A stretch of 64,000 nucleotides of DNA from Eledone cirrhosa. Lineage: Eukaryota. Shown here in pieces: positions 13,404 through 26,018 of the stretch. Each line of letters begins with the position of its first letter. Position 1 is the stretch's first letter. The position numbers were made by a program, and so were the translations under genes. The stretch lies in the NCBI GenBank assembly GCA_964016885.1, contig OZ024742.1, positions 92,690,001-92,754,000 on the forward strand. Direction: 5' to 3'. A model generated the notes under the pieces. That model did not search any database. It was not told the origin of the DNA and was given only the letters and a program-made list of their open reading frames with translations.

Positions 13404-16163
13404 AGAAATTGGAATAAATGCTCTGAAATAGCGATATATATGTGAATATAGACATAGAATATTCGAAAATATTCTGTATGTTTATAATAAACATTTTGAA
13501 GACCTAATCGCTATAGAATAGAATACGTCACGTATTACAATTAGATTCTCGATAAAAGCAAGGGAAGTAATCTACGCGTTTCATTCTTTTTAGAAATCAT
13601 CAGGACTACATATCCAGTGCTTTTATCGAGAATGACACAGCTAGAGACTTATAGAATACTTAGCTGTGTACAGGAACTGGTTTGAAAGAGCGGTTGCCGG
13701 TCCGGCAGAAATTAGAAATTGGAATAAATGCTCTGAAATAGCGATATATATGTGAATATAGACATAGAATATTCGAAAATATTCTGTATGTTTATAATAA
13801 ACATTTTGAAGACCTAATCGCTATAGAATAGAATACGTCACGTATTACAATTAGATTCTCGATAAAAGCAAGGGAAGTAATCTACGCGTTTCATTCTTTT
13901 TAGAAATCATCAGGACTACATATCCAGTGCTTTTATCGAGAATGACACAGCTAGAGACTTATAGAATACTTAGCTGTGTACAGGAACTGGTTTGAAAGAG
14001 CGGTTGCCGGTCCGGCAGAAATTAGAAATTGGAATAAATGCTCTGAAATAGCGATATATATGTGAATATAGACATAGAATATTCGAAAATATTCTGTATG
14101 TTTATAATAAACATTTTGAAGACCTAATCGCTATAGAATAGAATACGTCACGTATTACAATTAGATTCTCGATAAAAGCAAGGGAAGTAATCTACGCGTT
14201 TCATTCTTTTTAGAAATCATCAGGACTACATATCCAGTGCTTTTATCGAGAATGACACAGCTAGAGACTTATAGAATACTTAGCTGTGTACAGGAACTGG
14301 TTTGAAAGAGCGGTTGCCGGTCCGGCAGAAATTAGAAATTGGAATAAATGCTCTGAAATAGCGATATATATGTGAATATAGACATAGAATATTCGAAAAT
14401 ATTCTGTATGTTTATAATAAACATTTTGAAGACCTAATCGCTATAGAATAGAATACGTCACGTATTACAATTAGATTCTCGATAAAAGCAAGGGAAGTAA
14501 TCTACGCGTTTCATTCTTGACGTTTCATACGTGACGTATTCTATTCTATAGCGATTAGGTCTTCAAAATGTTTATTATAAACATACAGAATATTTTCGAA
14601 TATTCTATGTCTATATTCACATATATATCGCTATTTCAGAGCATTTATTCCAATTTCTAATTTCTGCCGGACCGGCAACCGCTCTTTCAAACCAGTTCCT
14701 GTACACAGCTAAGTATTCTATAAGTCTCTAGCTGTGTCATTCTCGATAAAAGCACTGGATATGTAGTCCTGATGATTTCTAAAAAGAATGAAACGCGTAG
14801 ATTACTTCCCTTGCTTTTATCGAGAATCTAATTGTAATACGTGACGTATTCTATTCTATAGCGATTAGGTCTTCAAAATGTTTATTATAAACATACAGAA
14901 TATTTTCGAATATTCTATGTCTATATTCACATATATATCGCTATTTCAGAGCATTTATTCCAATTTCTAATTTCTGCCGGACCGGCAACCGCTCTTTCAA
15001 ACCAGTTCCTGTACACAGCTAAGTATTCTATAAGTCTCTAGCTGTGTCATTCTCGATAAAAGCACTGGATATGTAGTCCTGATGATTTCTAAAAAGAATG
15101 AAACGCGTAGATTACTTCCCTTGCTTTTATCGAGAATCTAATTGTAATACGTGACGTATTCTATTCTATAGCGATTAGGTCTTCAAAATGTTTATTATAA
15201 ACATACAGAATATTTTCGAATATTCTATGTCTATATTCACATATATATCGCTATTTCAGAGCATTTATTCCAATTTCTAATTTCTGCCGGACCGGCAACC
15301 GCTCTTTCAAACCAGTTCCTGTACACAGCTAAGTATTCTATAAGTCTCTAGCTGTGTCATTCTCGATAAAAGCACTGGATATGTAGTCCTGATGATTTCT
15401 AAAAAGAATGAAACGCGTAGATTACTTCCCTTGCTTTTATCGAGAATCTAATTGTAATACGTGACGTATTCTATTCTATAGCGATTAGGTCTTCAAAATG
15501 TTTATTATAAACATACAGAATATTTTCGAATATTCTATGTCTATATTCACATATATATCGCTATTTCAGAGCATTTATTCCAATTTCTAATTTCTGCCGG
15601 ACCGGCAACCGCTCTTTCAAACCAGTTCCTGTACACAGCTAAGTATTCTATAAGTCTCTAGCTGTGTCATTCTCGATAAAAGCACTGGATATGTAGTCCT
15701 GATGATTTCTAAAAAGAATGAAACGCGTAGATTACTTCCCTTGCTTTTATCGAGAATCTAATTGTAATACGTGACGTATTCTATTCTATAGCGATTAGGT
15801 CTTCAAAATGTTTATTATAAACATACAGAATATTTTCGAATATTCTATGTCTATATTCACATATATATCGCTATTTCAGAGCATTTATTCCAATTTCTAA
15901 TTTCTGCCGGACCGGCAACCGCTCTTTCAAACCAGTTCCTGTACACAGCTAAGTATTCTATAAGTCTCTAGCTGTGTCATTCTCGATAAAAGCACTGGAT
16001 ATGTAGTCCTGATGATTTCTAAAAAGAATGAAACGCGTAGATTACTTCCCTTGCTTTTATCGAGAATCTAATTGTAATACGTGACGTATTCTATTCTATA
16101 GCGATTAGGTCTTCAAAATGTTTATTATAAACATACAGAATATTTTCGAATATTCTATGTCTA
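13404..16163. repeat. 310-bp-unit tandem array with central inversion (3.6 units + 5.3 inverted units); retrozyme-like
   Basis: Period 310 (13411, 13721, 14031, 14341); orientation switch at 14518-14527; units look identical by eye. Confidence 0.95.
14763..14805 (+). ncRNA. Minimal type I hammerhead ribozyme of the 310-bp unit (plus copies at 14763, 15073, 15383, 15693, 16003; minus copies at 13567, 13877, 14187)
   Basis: gtagtc CTGATGA tttctaaaaagaat GAAA cgcg TA gattac: 6-bp stem I, palindromic stem III ACGCGT, GUA site; further 16-bp helix attctcgataaaagca/tgcttttatcgagaat. Confidence 0.9.
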
Positions 16164-16164
16164 A

Positions 16165-16201
<37 letters not shown>

Positions 16202-16226
16202 TACACATATATATACATATATACAC

Positions 16227-16257
<31 letters not shown>

Positions 16258-16514
16258 CACACACATATATATATATACATATATATATATATACACACAC
16301 ATATATATATATACACACACATATATACACATATATATATATATACACACACACACACATATATATTACTTCTAACAACCTCCCACACTACCCTATGTCG
16401 AGCACTATCTCACTCTCTGGATGTTACAATCTCCCTATTACATCAAATTAAATTCCAAACTCATTGATGTCATCTTAAATACATCAGTTGAAAAAAAAAT
16501 ACAACAGAAGGAAA

Positions 16515-16702
16515 TTTGTTTCTACTTTTGGCAGAAGGCCAGCAATTATTCCAGTGCATTACTGGTACTTTATTTTATCGACTCCGTAAGAATGAAAGGC
16601 AAAGTTAACCTCGGCCGGATTTGAACTCAGAATGGCAAGGGCCGTAACTCTATGCGTCAAAGCATGGCGTCCGACCCTCTACCGATACTGCCAATCCACC
16701 AC
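16515..16702 (-). mobile_element. tRNA-derived SINE (family A)
   Basis: Same head and body as 1786-1971; flanked by a direct repeat acaacagaaggaaatt. Confidence 0.8.
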
Positions 16703-16719
16703 CTTACAACAGAAGGAAA

Positions 16720-17328
16720 TTAATGTGTGTGCATGTGTATAGATATATAGTGTCTGTATGTATGCATGTGTATAAATATATAGTATGTCTGTGTATAGAT
16801 ATATAGTGTATGCATGTGAGTAGATATACAGTGTGTGCATGTGTAGATATATAGTGTATGTATGTGAGTAGATATATAGTGTGTGCATGTGTAGATATAT
16901 AGTGTGTGCATGTGAGTAGATATATAGTGTGTGCATGTGTAGAGATATAGTGTATGTATGTGAGTAGATATATAGTGTGTGCATGTGTAGATATATAGTG
17001 TATGTATGTGAGTAGATATACAGTGTGTGCATGTGTAGATATATAGTGTGTGCATGTGTAGATATATAGTGTGTGCATGTGAGTAGATATATAGTGTGTG
17101 CATGTGTAGAGATATAGTGTATGTATGTGAGTAGATATATAGTGTGTGCATGTGTAGATATATAGTGTATGTATGTGAGTAGATATATAGTGTGTATGTG
17201 TGTAGAGATATAGTGTGTATGTGTGTAGAGATATAGTGTGTATATGTGTGTAGAGATATAGTGTGTATGTGAGTAGATATATAGTGTGTGCATGAGTAGA
17301 TATATAGTATGTGTGTAGATGTATAGTA
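16720..17328. repeat. ~22-26-bp minisatellite (gtagatatatagtgtgtgcatgt), continuing after the mariner element to ~18360
   Basis: Direct periodicity. Confidence 0.85.
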
Positions 17329-17330
17329 TA

Positions 17331-18227
17331 CAGGGTGTGGACGATATTTGTTCGCAATTTTCAACTGCTAATTTTATGCAAATCTTTTTTACTTCCGTTG
17401 TCACTCTTGTCTTCATAAAAACAGTGACTATATTTCCATTATTTATTTTCAGAATAATTGATTATGAATAATTTTGAACCTCCAAATTTGTGGAAGAGAC
17501 ACGGAGTTCTTCTTGGAATCCGTGCCAGGAGGACAAATAATGAAATTTCAGACTTTCTCAGCGTCAGCAGGAGAATGGTGGAAAAGGTCAGAAAGGAATT
17601 GGAAGATTCAGGATTCGACTACAAAGCAACATCAGAGAGGAAAACACATGATCATGATTGAGGATCTGACGCCTTCAGAACACCCGAGTTCATCGCTGAA
17701 GTTCAGGATATCATCAACAATGAACCTAGCAAGTCGATGCGTGCCATTGCAAGGGAGAAAGGCGTGGATGAAAAGCTCATTAGGCTGCAGGTAGGCCGTA
17801 CATGTGGCAGCAAGACTCAGCGCCTTCCCATACCAGCCGAAAGACCCAAGCCTGGCTGTCAGAGAACTTCGTCGGCCACACTTCACCTGACATCTGGCCT
17901 CCCAGCTCGCCTGACTGCAACCCCCTCAACTTCTTTGTGTGGGGCACAGTGGAACAAGGCACCAACAGATCTAGCTGCAATACGAAAGATGATCTGAAGG
18001 CCAGGATCACAAGTGTCTTTAGTGCCTAAGTCGGGGGACAGTGACGAAGGCCTGTAGCCGCCTTGAGGCCGTCATCAAAGCCAATGGCGGGTTTATCGAG
18101 TGAGATCAAAAGAACAAGTCATGAAGACAAACTGACCCAAGTTTGATAAATAAATCTTAAAAAATAAAACTACTGTGTTATCTTTTCCTAGACAGTAATC
18201 TTGCGAACAAATATTGTCCACACCCTG
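17331..18227 (+). mobile_element. Internally deleted Tc1/mariner-superfamily DNA transposon
   Basis: 27-bp TIRs (cagggtgtggacgatatttgttcgcaa, 1 mismatch), TA target duplication, transposase remnant WQQDSAPSHTS...WPPSSPDCNPLNFFVWG. Confidence 0.92.
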
Positions 18228-18621
18228 TATATATAGATATAGTGTGTGCATGTATGCAGATATATAGTGTGTATGTGTATAGTTATATAGTGTGTGAATG
18301 TGTGTTTGTGTACATATATATATATATAGTGTATGTGTGTATAGATACATAGTGTGTGCATAGAAGTATGTTTGTGTTTATGTGCATAGATGTTCACATG
18401 CATAAATACAGGAATATAGATATGTGAGCATGAAAGTGTTTATGTGCATAGTTGTACATGTGTGTACTTGCATTCATGTGTATATATATATATATGCAGA
18501 TATATATGTGTGTACCTGCATTCATGTGTATATATATATATATGCAGATATATATGTGTGTAAGTATCCATGTGTATAGATATGCACGTGTAGATATACA
18601 TATGTGAAAGTGTTTATATGC

Positions 18622-19740
18622 ATCATCATCATTTAATGTCCGCTTTTCCTGCTTCGAAGGGTTGGATGGGTCTTCACAGACAGTACTGAAGCAGGGTTAC
18701 CGACTTTCCAGACAAGCCAGTGGTCTGTATCTTGCTTACATATGGTCCCACCTACTGACTGCATTTTATCATATAGACAGCACAAGAGAGTATCTAAGTG
18801 CTTTAGACAGTAAGGGTATCTAAGGGATTTAGAGGAGCAGTAGCTGAGGAGTGATATTGGAGGAGGCAAATATGGAGTGGGGGAGGGAAGTGTAGTGATG
18901 GTAAGAATACATACTAGGAAGTGCTATGCTAGTAGTAGAGGGGACACAGGGATAAGTCAGGTCACATTGTATGCTGTTGGCAGTGTCTTCACCAGCACAA
19001 TATAGTGCCAGCTCTCGCGACCCTTTATTATCTGTTATGTGGTTTAGTTTCTTGAGTTTGGTCTTCCCGAAATGGTCCCAAGGCTTCCTGGGTCTGCCTC
19101 TTTCATGGGTCCCAGCCACTGGGGTTTCTCTGCATTTTTTTTATGCAGTTGCTATCTTCCATATGCATTGCATGTCCATACCAACACAGTCATCTCTATT
19201 GCACACTGCATTCAATTCCTCTTATGCCAAGTTTTTCTCCGTTTGCTTATATTATATCATTCATGCACACTAGCATTACACATCCATTGGAGCATACCCA
19301 ATTTGTTTCTTTCTAGTCTTTGCAGATCTTTTGCAATCAAGGCTCATGTTTCACTGCCATGTAGCATTGCAGTTCACACACAGGTATCATACAGTCTACG
19401 CTTCACTCAGAGAGAAGCCTTTTGATAGCAGAGGTAACAGCTTTCTAAACTTCTTCCAGCCTTTCCTTATCCTAGCTATCACACTTTCAGAGATCCTTTC
19501 CCACTGCTAATTAGATTACCTAGGTAACACAAGCTGTTAACAACTTCTAAGGAAACTCTGGCAACTGAAGGAATCTATTTCATATGTGCTGTTAGTGCTT
19601 ACCTCTCCTGTGCATCTGCCATATACAGTTTATTTTTTCCATCAACCTGCTTGCAATCTTATTACATGCCTTGTGTGTCCAAAAAATACACTGTATGCAC
19701 CTTATGGAATTTCTGTTCATCTTTTTCTAACATATATGAG
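18622..19740 (-). mobile_element. Degraded RTE LINE 3' portion
   Basis: ERGRPRKPWD motif, decayed RT C-terminal sequence upstream, (GAT)n tail at 18622. Confidence 0.75.
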
Positions 19741-20004
19741 GTTCCTTATTCAAAGTTAGAGTGTTAGTATGAATCAAGACAGTGTTGGGGGACAATGTGC
19801 GAGTTTGATATGCAGAAAAGAACTAAGTAGGAATTTTATATAGTGTACTTGATGTTAAATGTAAGTGTACCAGGTGTAGTGGGATTGTAGGTAGGTTAAC
19901 AAAAAGGGTAGATTTCATGTGTAACAGATACACAGGGTTAGTTAGTAGTAGGACCACCAGTGAAATAAACTTCTTTCAGTCTGGAGAAGGTTCCATATAA
20001 ATAG

Positions 20005-20245
20005 TTGATAGCTTCTGTTACCTAGGTGACCAAATTAGTAGTGGTGGAGACAATTCTGAATGTGTAGTAGCTAGAAGAAGAACAGGGTGGAAAAAGTTCA
20101 GGAAGTTACTACCTCTGTTGTCAACAAATGTTAGATTGTATGACACCTGCATGTAAAGTGCAATTTTGCATGGAAATGAGACATGGGCTGTGAAAGCAGA
20201 GGATATGTGAAAGCTGGAGGGTAATGAATCAAGCATGCTCCATTC
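20005..20245 (+). mobile_element. RTE LINE fragment
   Basis: Reads FCYLGDQISSGG...ARRRTGWKKFRKLLPLL...LHGNETWAV. Confidence 0.7.
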
Positions 20246-21517
20246 ATCAACCTCATCACCATTTAATATATATTTTCCATGCTTGCATGGGTTTGATGGG
20301 TTGTCCACGTTATGAGACAAGTCTGGCCAGTTGGCCAAGCCATATTTGGTCCAAACGGAACTGTATTTTGGTTGGGTTTTTTTTTACAGGTGGATGCCCT
20401 TTCTAACAGTAACCCCGTTTACAGTGTGTCACTGGGTGGACCTGTTATGAGGAGTCTAGTCAGTTGGCTGCACCATACCTTGCTCATAGCAGAACTGTAT
20501 TTTGGGAGCAGGGTGGTCCTGTTATGAGGAAGGTCTGGCCAGTTGGCCACACCATACCTTGCTTATAGTGGGACCATGTTTTAGCTGGGTGCCCTTCCTA
20601 ACACCAACCACATTTACAGTGTGGGACTGGGTGCTGTTGTGTAAAATTAATGTGCATGAACAACGAAGCATGGATGGGCTGAGAGAAACTTGTGCTGGTA
20701 CAGACATGTAATTCATATGGATGAAGGTTGATGGGTGAAGAATTGCCAGTAGTTCTAAGTGAAAGGAAATCGTAGAAAACCAAGACCTGAGCTGAGGCAA
20801 TGAAAGGAAATGACAAAGGAAATAGACAAGTGGAAAGATGCAGTACTAGAGAGGACTTATCTAACCTATGATGGCATGAAAAAACAAGCATAAAAACAGT
20901 GATGATGATGATGTCTGTAGATGTGTATGTATATATTACAGTACACATGTATAGATGTTTATGTATGTTTATATTACAGTACATGAAATGATTACAAGTA
21001 AAAGATCAATATGATCGACCGAAAACCCTTGAAGGCGCCCCCAGCATGGCCACAGTGCTATGGCTGAAACCAGTATAAAAAAATTAAAAAATTTAATGAT
21101 TCAACAAAATATTTCTCCAGAACACCACTACTAAAAAAAATGACATGCATACATTCATATCTGTGTTTACATGTAGTTCTATATATGTCCTGTAAGTTAG
21201 TAATTTGACAAAAAGAGAGACAAAATAAGTACCAGACTTGAAAAAATAGTAATGGGGTCAATATGATTGATTAAATCCATTTAAAGTGGTGCCTCAGCAT
21301 GGCCACAGTTTAATGACAGAAACCAGTAAAGGAAATACAAAAATATAAGAAAAGAATCTAAGTTACTGCAGTAGTGTGGTGTTGGTGGCAGTGGTTAGTG
21401 TTATGGAGATGTGATGGTGGTGATGATAGTGGTTAGTGTTGTTATGAAGATGTGGAGGTATCAGGAAATGTATATATTTAATGTAGTTATTATATATATA
21501 TATATATATATATATAA

Positions 21518-22388
21518 ATGAGCGGAACAAGCAAACAGTAAACAATCTTTTAAATAAATCAAAATACAATTAAATATTCACCTGTTCTAATGCTGTTACC
21601 GATGGTTTCGCTTATCAAAAGATTGGAAATTCAGAGAATTTCCAATGGAAAGATCAGCTCTTCAGACAGCTATTTCCATTCTATAGGGCATAAAGCCTCA
21701 CAGTTTGTAAATATATCACTTCCTGCCCGATGTATGAGGTCAGGCCGTTAAAGTGACCCACACATAAACAGGCGCAAGTAAAAGCGGGAATATTATAGAC
21801 TCGTCTTTCATGCTACTAAAAAAAATAGCAGCACGATACAACATTTTTTTCTTTACACAACGGGAGAATACACATAAAATAAGATAAATATTCCAACAGG
21901 TAATAAGTACCTACGGAAATATATATGGTGTCTATAATAATTGTTGTTCAATGGTACTAATTTGAGATACCAGAACTACAAAAATGAGTGGAACAAGCAA
22001 ACATTAAACAATCTTTTAAATAAATTAAAATACGATTAAATATTCACCTGTTCTAATGCTGTTACCGACGGTTTCGCTTATCAAAAGATTGGAAATTCAG
22101 AGAATTTCCAATGGAAGAGCTGATCTTTCCTATAGAATGGAAATAGCTGTCTGAAGAGCTGACCTTTCCATTGGAAATTCTCTGAATTTCCAATCTTTTG
22201 ATAAGCGAAACCATCGGTAACAGCATTAGAACAGGTGAATATTTAATCGTATTTTACTTTATTTAAAAGATTGTTTAATGTTTGCTTGTTCCGGTATCTC
22301 AAATTAATACCATTGACCAACAATTATTAAAGACACCATATATATTACCGTAGGTACTTAGTACCTGTTGGAATATTTATCTCATTTT
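21518..22388. mobile_element. HHR-bearing ~466-bp-unit element: 1.3 units minus sense plus an inverted plus-sense arm
   Basis: atgag(c/t)ggaacaagc repeats at 21518 and 21984; 22117-22388 is the reverse complement; left end abuts (TA)n. Confidence 0.85.
22146..22224 (+). ncRNA. Type I hammerhead ribozyme with extended stem II (mirror copy ~21592-21670, minus strand)
   Basis: gctgt CTGAAGA gct...agc GAAA ccatcgg TA acagc; GUA site. Confidence 0.88.
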
Positions 22389-22399
22389 TATAGAGAGAG

Positions 22400-22602
22400 A
22401 GGGGTCTTCCACAGAACTAGAACTGTTTCATTCGTAGGAAACCATCAGGGAAGTCCTTTCCTGATGATTTCATACAAATGAAATAGTTCTAGTCCTGTAA
22501 AAGTCATTTCTATATAAAATTTTAAATTACCTATACTCAACATAAGTACTGAGTACCTTTTTTAACTGTGGCTACCCTCCGACACAACTTGGGAATCTAC
22601 AT
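22400..22602. mobile_element. Diverged double-HHR mini-element related to 40923-41118, in opposite overall orientation
   Basis: ctgatgatttcatacaaatgaaatagttctagtcctgta with an inverted partial copy; 3' tail aligns by eye with the 40923 family. Confidence 0.7.
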
Positions 22603-23659
22603 ATTATATATATATATATATATGTATATTTATATTTATATGAATTGTAAAATGTCTAAACCCCATTGTGATTCCATGTATTGAGTATATTACACCTGGT
22701 ACCACAATATCAATATTGATTTTTGTTAAACAGTGATACAAGGCTACACATATTGGGAACAAGACAATAGCTGATTGAATCTACCTCATATTTTGTTGTT
22801 GTTGTTTTATTTTTACACTAACCCATGATTCTGAGGAAGTGAAATCCTCATGCTTTAAAGTAAATTAATACTTTCATTACTATATATCTAATGAGAGGTA
22901 TTGCCTATGATTTTCTATTAATTTTGAAAATTTGGAGCTATTTAATAATATAACTGGTGTTTGGAGCATAAATTAACAAAGGTTTTTACATAAAAATTAT
23001 GATAGAATTTTTTTTTAGAATAAATATAAACAATACAAAACAGTTGTGTAACTTTGGAAGCCAGTCGAATGGACTGTACCTGTATTTCAAAGGGCCAGCC
23101 TTCTCAAACTGTCATGTTCAATCTCCCTAAGAATTACATATGGGGACATGTGTATGTGGAATGTTCAGCCAATTACACTATAATACAAGATATGCTGTCT
23201 GTCCTTGTAATTCAACCTCCCTGAGAATTGCGTTAAGAATGCATGTGTCTGTGGAATGCACAGCCACTTACACTTTAATTCTATATGCAGGCTACTCCAC
23301 TGATCAAACAACTGGAACACTCATCCCTGTAACTGATAGATATCTATTCCATACCATTTCAATGTTACAAACATCAGGTTCATAATAAAAAAGTCATTTT
23401 ACCTAAATCACTAAAAATTGTTATTTTCAAAATTAATTGCAACACATGGCCAATATATTACATTAAAAGTATGGTCACAAAAGAATTAACTTTGGAAGGG
23501 TGAAAGGATTAACGCCTCAGAGGAATAAAAAGCTTAACTGTCTTGGCAGGGTGAAAAGAGTTAAAACATGGAAGGAAGAAAGGGTTAATGACTTGGAGGG
23601 ATAAAAATGGAAAGGTGAAAGTGTTAATAATCGGGGGGGGGGGGGGGGGTCGTTAACAT

Positions 23660-23870
23660 GTATTCCAACTGCCAGTATAATGAATGGCCAGAATTGACAT
23701 GTGAAATGATGTGGGTAGCACCAGAAAAAAGAAGGAAAAGAGGAAATTCAAAGATATGGCACAATACTTTCAAAGAATATTTGAAACAGCTTAGCATCAT
23801 ACAAGAGGCAGGTAACCAAGCTCAGAACTGAGATGAATGGCAACTTCTTGCTGCCTGTTGTACAGAAGGA
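23660..23870 (+). mobile_element. Very degraded RTE-like LINE C-terminal fragment
   Basis: Reads RRKRGNSKIWHNTFKEYLKQL...AQN.DEW, resembling the RGRP..TW...A.DR..W pattern. Confidence 0.4.
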
Positions 23871-24999
23871 ACTAAGAAAGTTTTCTGGCTAAAAAGCCTT
23901 TCCTGATTCCAAACTTTTAATTGCTTCTTACAACATGCAGGGAAACAGTGAACCTAATCTAAAATCCAGGATACATACATATACATACATATGTGCCATA
24001 GGTCTTTCTGATCAAGACTGGCCAAGTGCTAAACAATAATGATGGTTTCTAATTTAAGCACAAGGCCAGGAAATTTAAGGGAAAAGAAAAATCTTGACTG
24101 GTACTTTATTTTATCGACTCTGAAAGGAAGAAAGGCAAAGTTAGCCTCAGTGGGATTTCAACTAAGAACGTAAAAAGTGAGAACAAATATCATAAAGTAT
24201 TTATCCCATGTCCTAAAAAATCTGCCAATCCCCTATCTAAGAATATCAAATGCTTACTCACTGCTTTATTTTGTAGATAAAACTGTACATTAGGAGCATT
24301 CAGCTATGTCAGATCAACTTTTGCTGTTCAGATACTTTACTATATGTTTGGTATCCTAATAAGAAAGTATGTGTGTATGTTGGACATCACTCAGTTTTGC
24401 CATGAAGTGTTCCAGTTATACAAACAATGGAACAGCCTACATGTGAAATTATTGCTCAAGTGGCTGGACATTCCACAGTCACATGCATCCTTAACATAGC
24501 TCTCACAGTGTGACAAGGATGCTTCTCTGAATTACATGTACAACTTATACTTTGCTAGCTGAGTGGATTGGCGCAACAGAAGAAAGTGTCTTGCCAAGAA
24601 CACAATGCACTGCCAAGAATCAAGCTCACAGCCTTACAATCATGAGCCCAAAACACTAACCATTAAGTCACCTGCCTTCAATATAAAAGCCTATCTCACT
24701 ATTCTTTCAAAACCAAATCTGCCTGATTTGCCTCTAACAATTATTGGTTTGTTAAAATAAACAACAGTAGAGAACAAGGATCATCTAAAGTAACACTGTC
24801 ACTAATTAAACTTATTATTATTAGGACAGTAGATGACAGAATTGTTAGAGAGCCAGACAAACTGCCTGGTAGTATTTAGTTACACCCATAGGGGTTAAAG
24901 GATTTCCTGTCATCACTCTGGGATGGATAAAATATTGTACCATTTAAATATTAATTTGTTTAATTGACTATAGCTCTAAAGTTTGTGGCCATGTTCCAT

Positions 25000-25857
25000 T
25001 ATTTGGATTGGCAGTATCGGTAGAGGGTCGGACGCCATGCTTTCCAGCATAGTTACGTCCCTTTACGATCTGATTTCAAATTCCGTCGAGGTTGACTTTG
25101 CCTTTCATCCTTACGGGGTCGATAAAATAAAGTACCAGTAATGCACTGGGTAATTGCTGGCCTTGTGCCTAAAGCAGAAACAATTATTATTATTAGTACC
25201 AGTAATGCACTGGGTAATTGCTGACCTTGTGCCTAAAGTAGAAACAATTATTATTAGCATTTGGATTGGCAGCATTGGTAGAGGGTCGGACGCCATACTT
25301 TGCAGCATAGAGTTACGGCCCTTTAGGTTCTGGGTTCAAATCCTGCCATGGTTAGCTTTGCCTTTCATCCTTATGGTCGATAAAATAAAGCTCCAGCAAT
25401 GCACTGAGGTCAATATCTTCGACTTTCCCCTTTCCCCGAATTGCTGGCCTTGTGCCAATAGTAGAAATCATTATTATTATTTCATCAAAATCCTTGGGAT
25501 CCCCAACTTCATAGGCAGTGCCCAAATTACCATCACTAGCACTACCAGAATCCTATGCGATATATTGAGCCTCAGATGAGGGACTAATCTGAGGCCAATT
25601 AACACACTTCACCTAGCAACCGATTGTTAGAGAAACCTTACAAAAGGTCAAAAAAGTTATTATTGTGGAGGATTGACAGAGTCGTTAGAGCATCGGGCAA
25701 ATATTTAGTAGTATTTGTTCTGGCTCTTTACATTCCGAGTTCAAATTCTGTGGGGGTTAACTTTGGTTTTCATTCTCTCAAGATCAATAAAATAAAATAC
25801 AGTACTAGGGTTGATTTAATCAATTCTAACCACTACCACAAATTGCTGGATTTATGC
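25000..25857 (+). mobile_element. Cluster of family A SINE copies (25000-25180, 25255-25470, 25665-25857)
   Basis: ggattggcagtatcggtagag head and ctttgcctttcatcc...gataaaataaagtacc body. Confidence 0.8.
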
Positions 25858-25861
25858 TTAA

Positions 25862-26018
25862 CCCTTTACCATTTAAACCAGTCAGAATTCTCTCACCTCC
25901 TTCTTCTGTTCAACTGGCTGCTCATATTTATGTTAAGGTATTGTTCTCAAAATAAATAATATCAAAATTTTGTAGATTCAATAAGAGATAAATATAGAGT
26001 AATGTAAATGCTAAAGGG
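25862..26018. mobile_element. piggyBac-like MITE
   Basis: ttaa|ccctttaccattta ... taaatgctaaaggg|ttaa. Confidence 0.7.

Noticed and set aside
25000-25350. tRNA genes
   Set aside because: Only A/B-box-like SINE heads; no complete cloverleaf is visible
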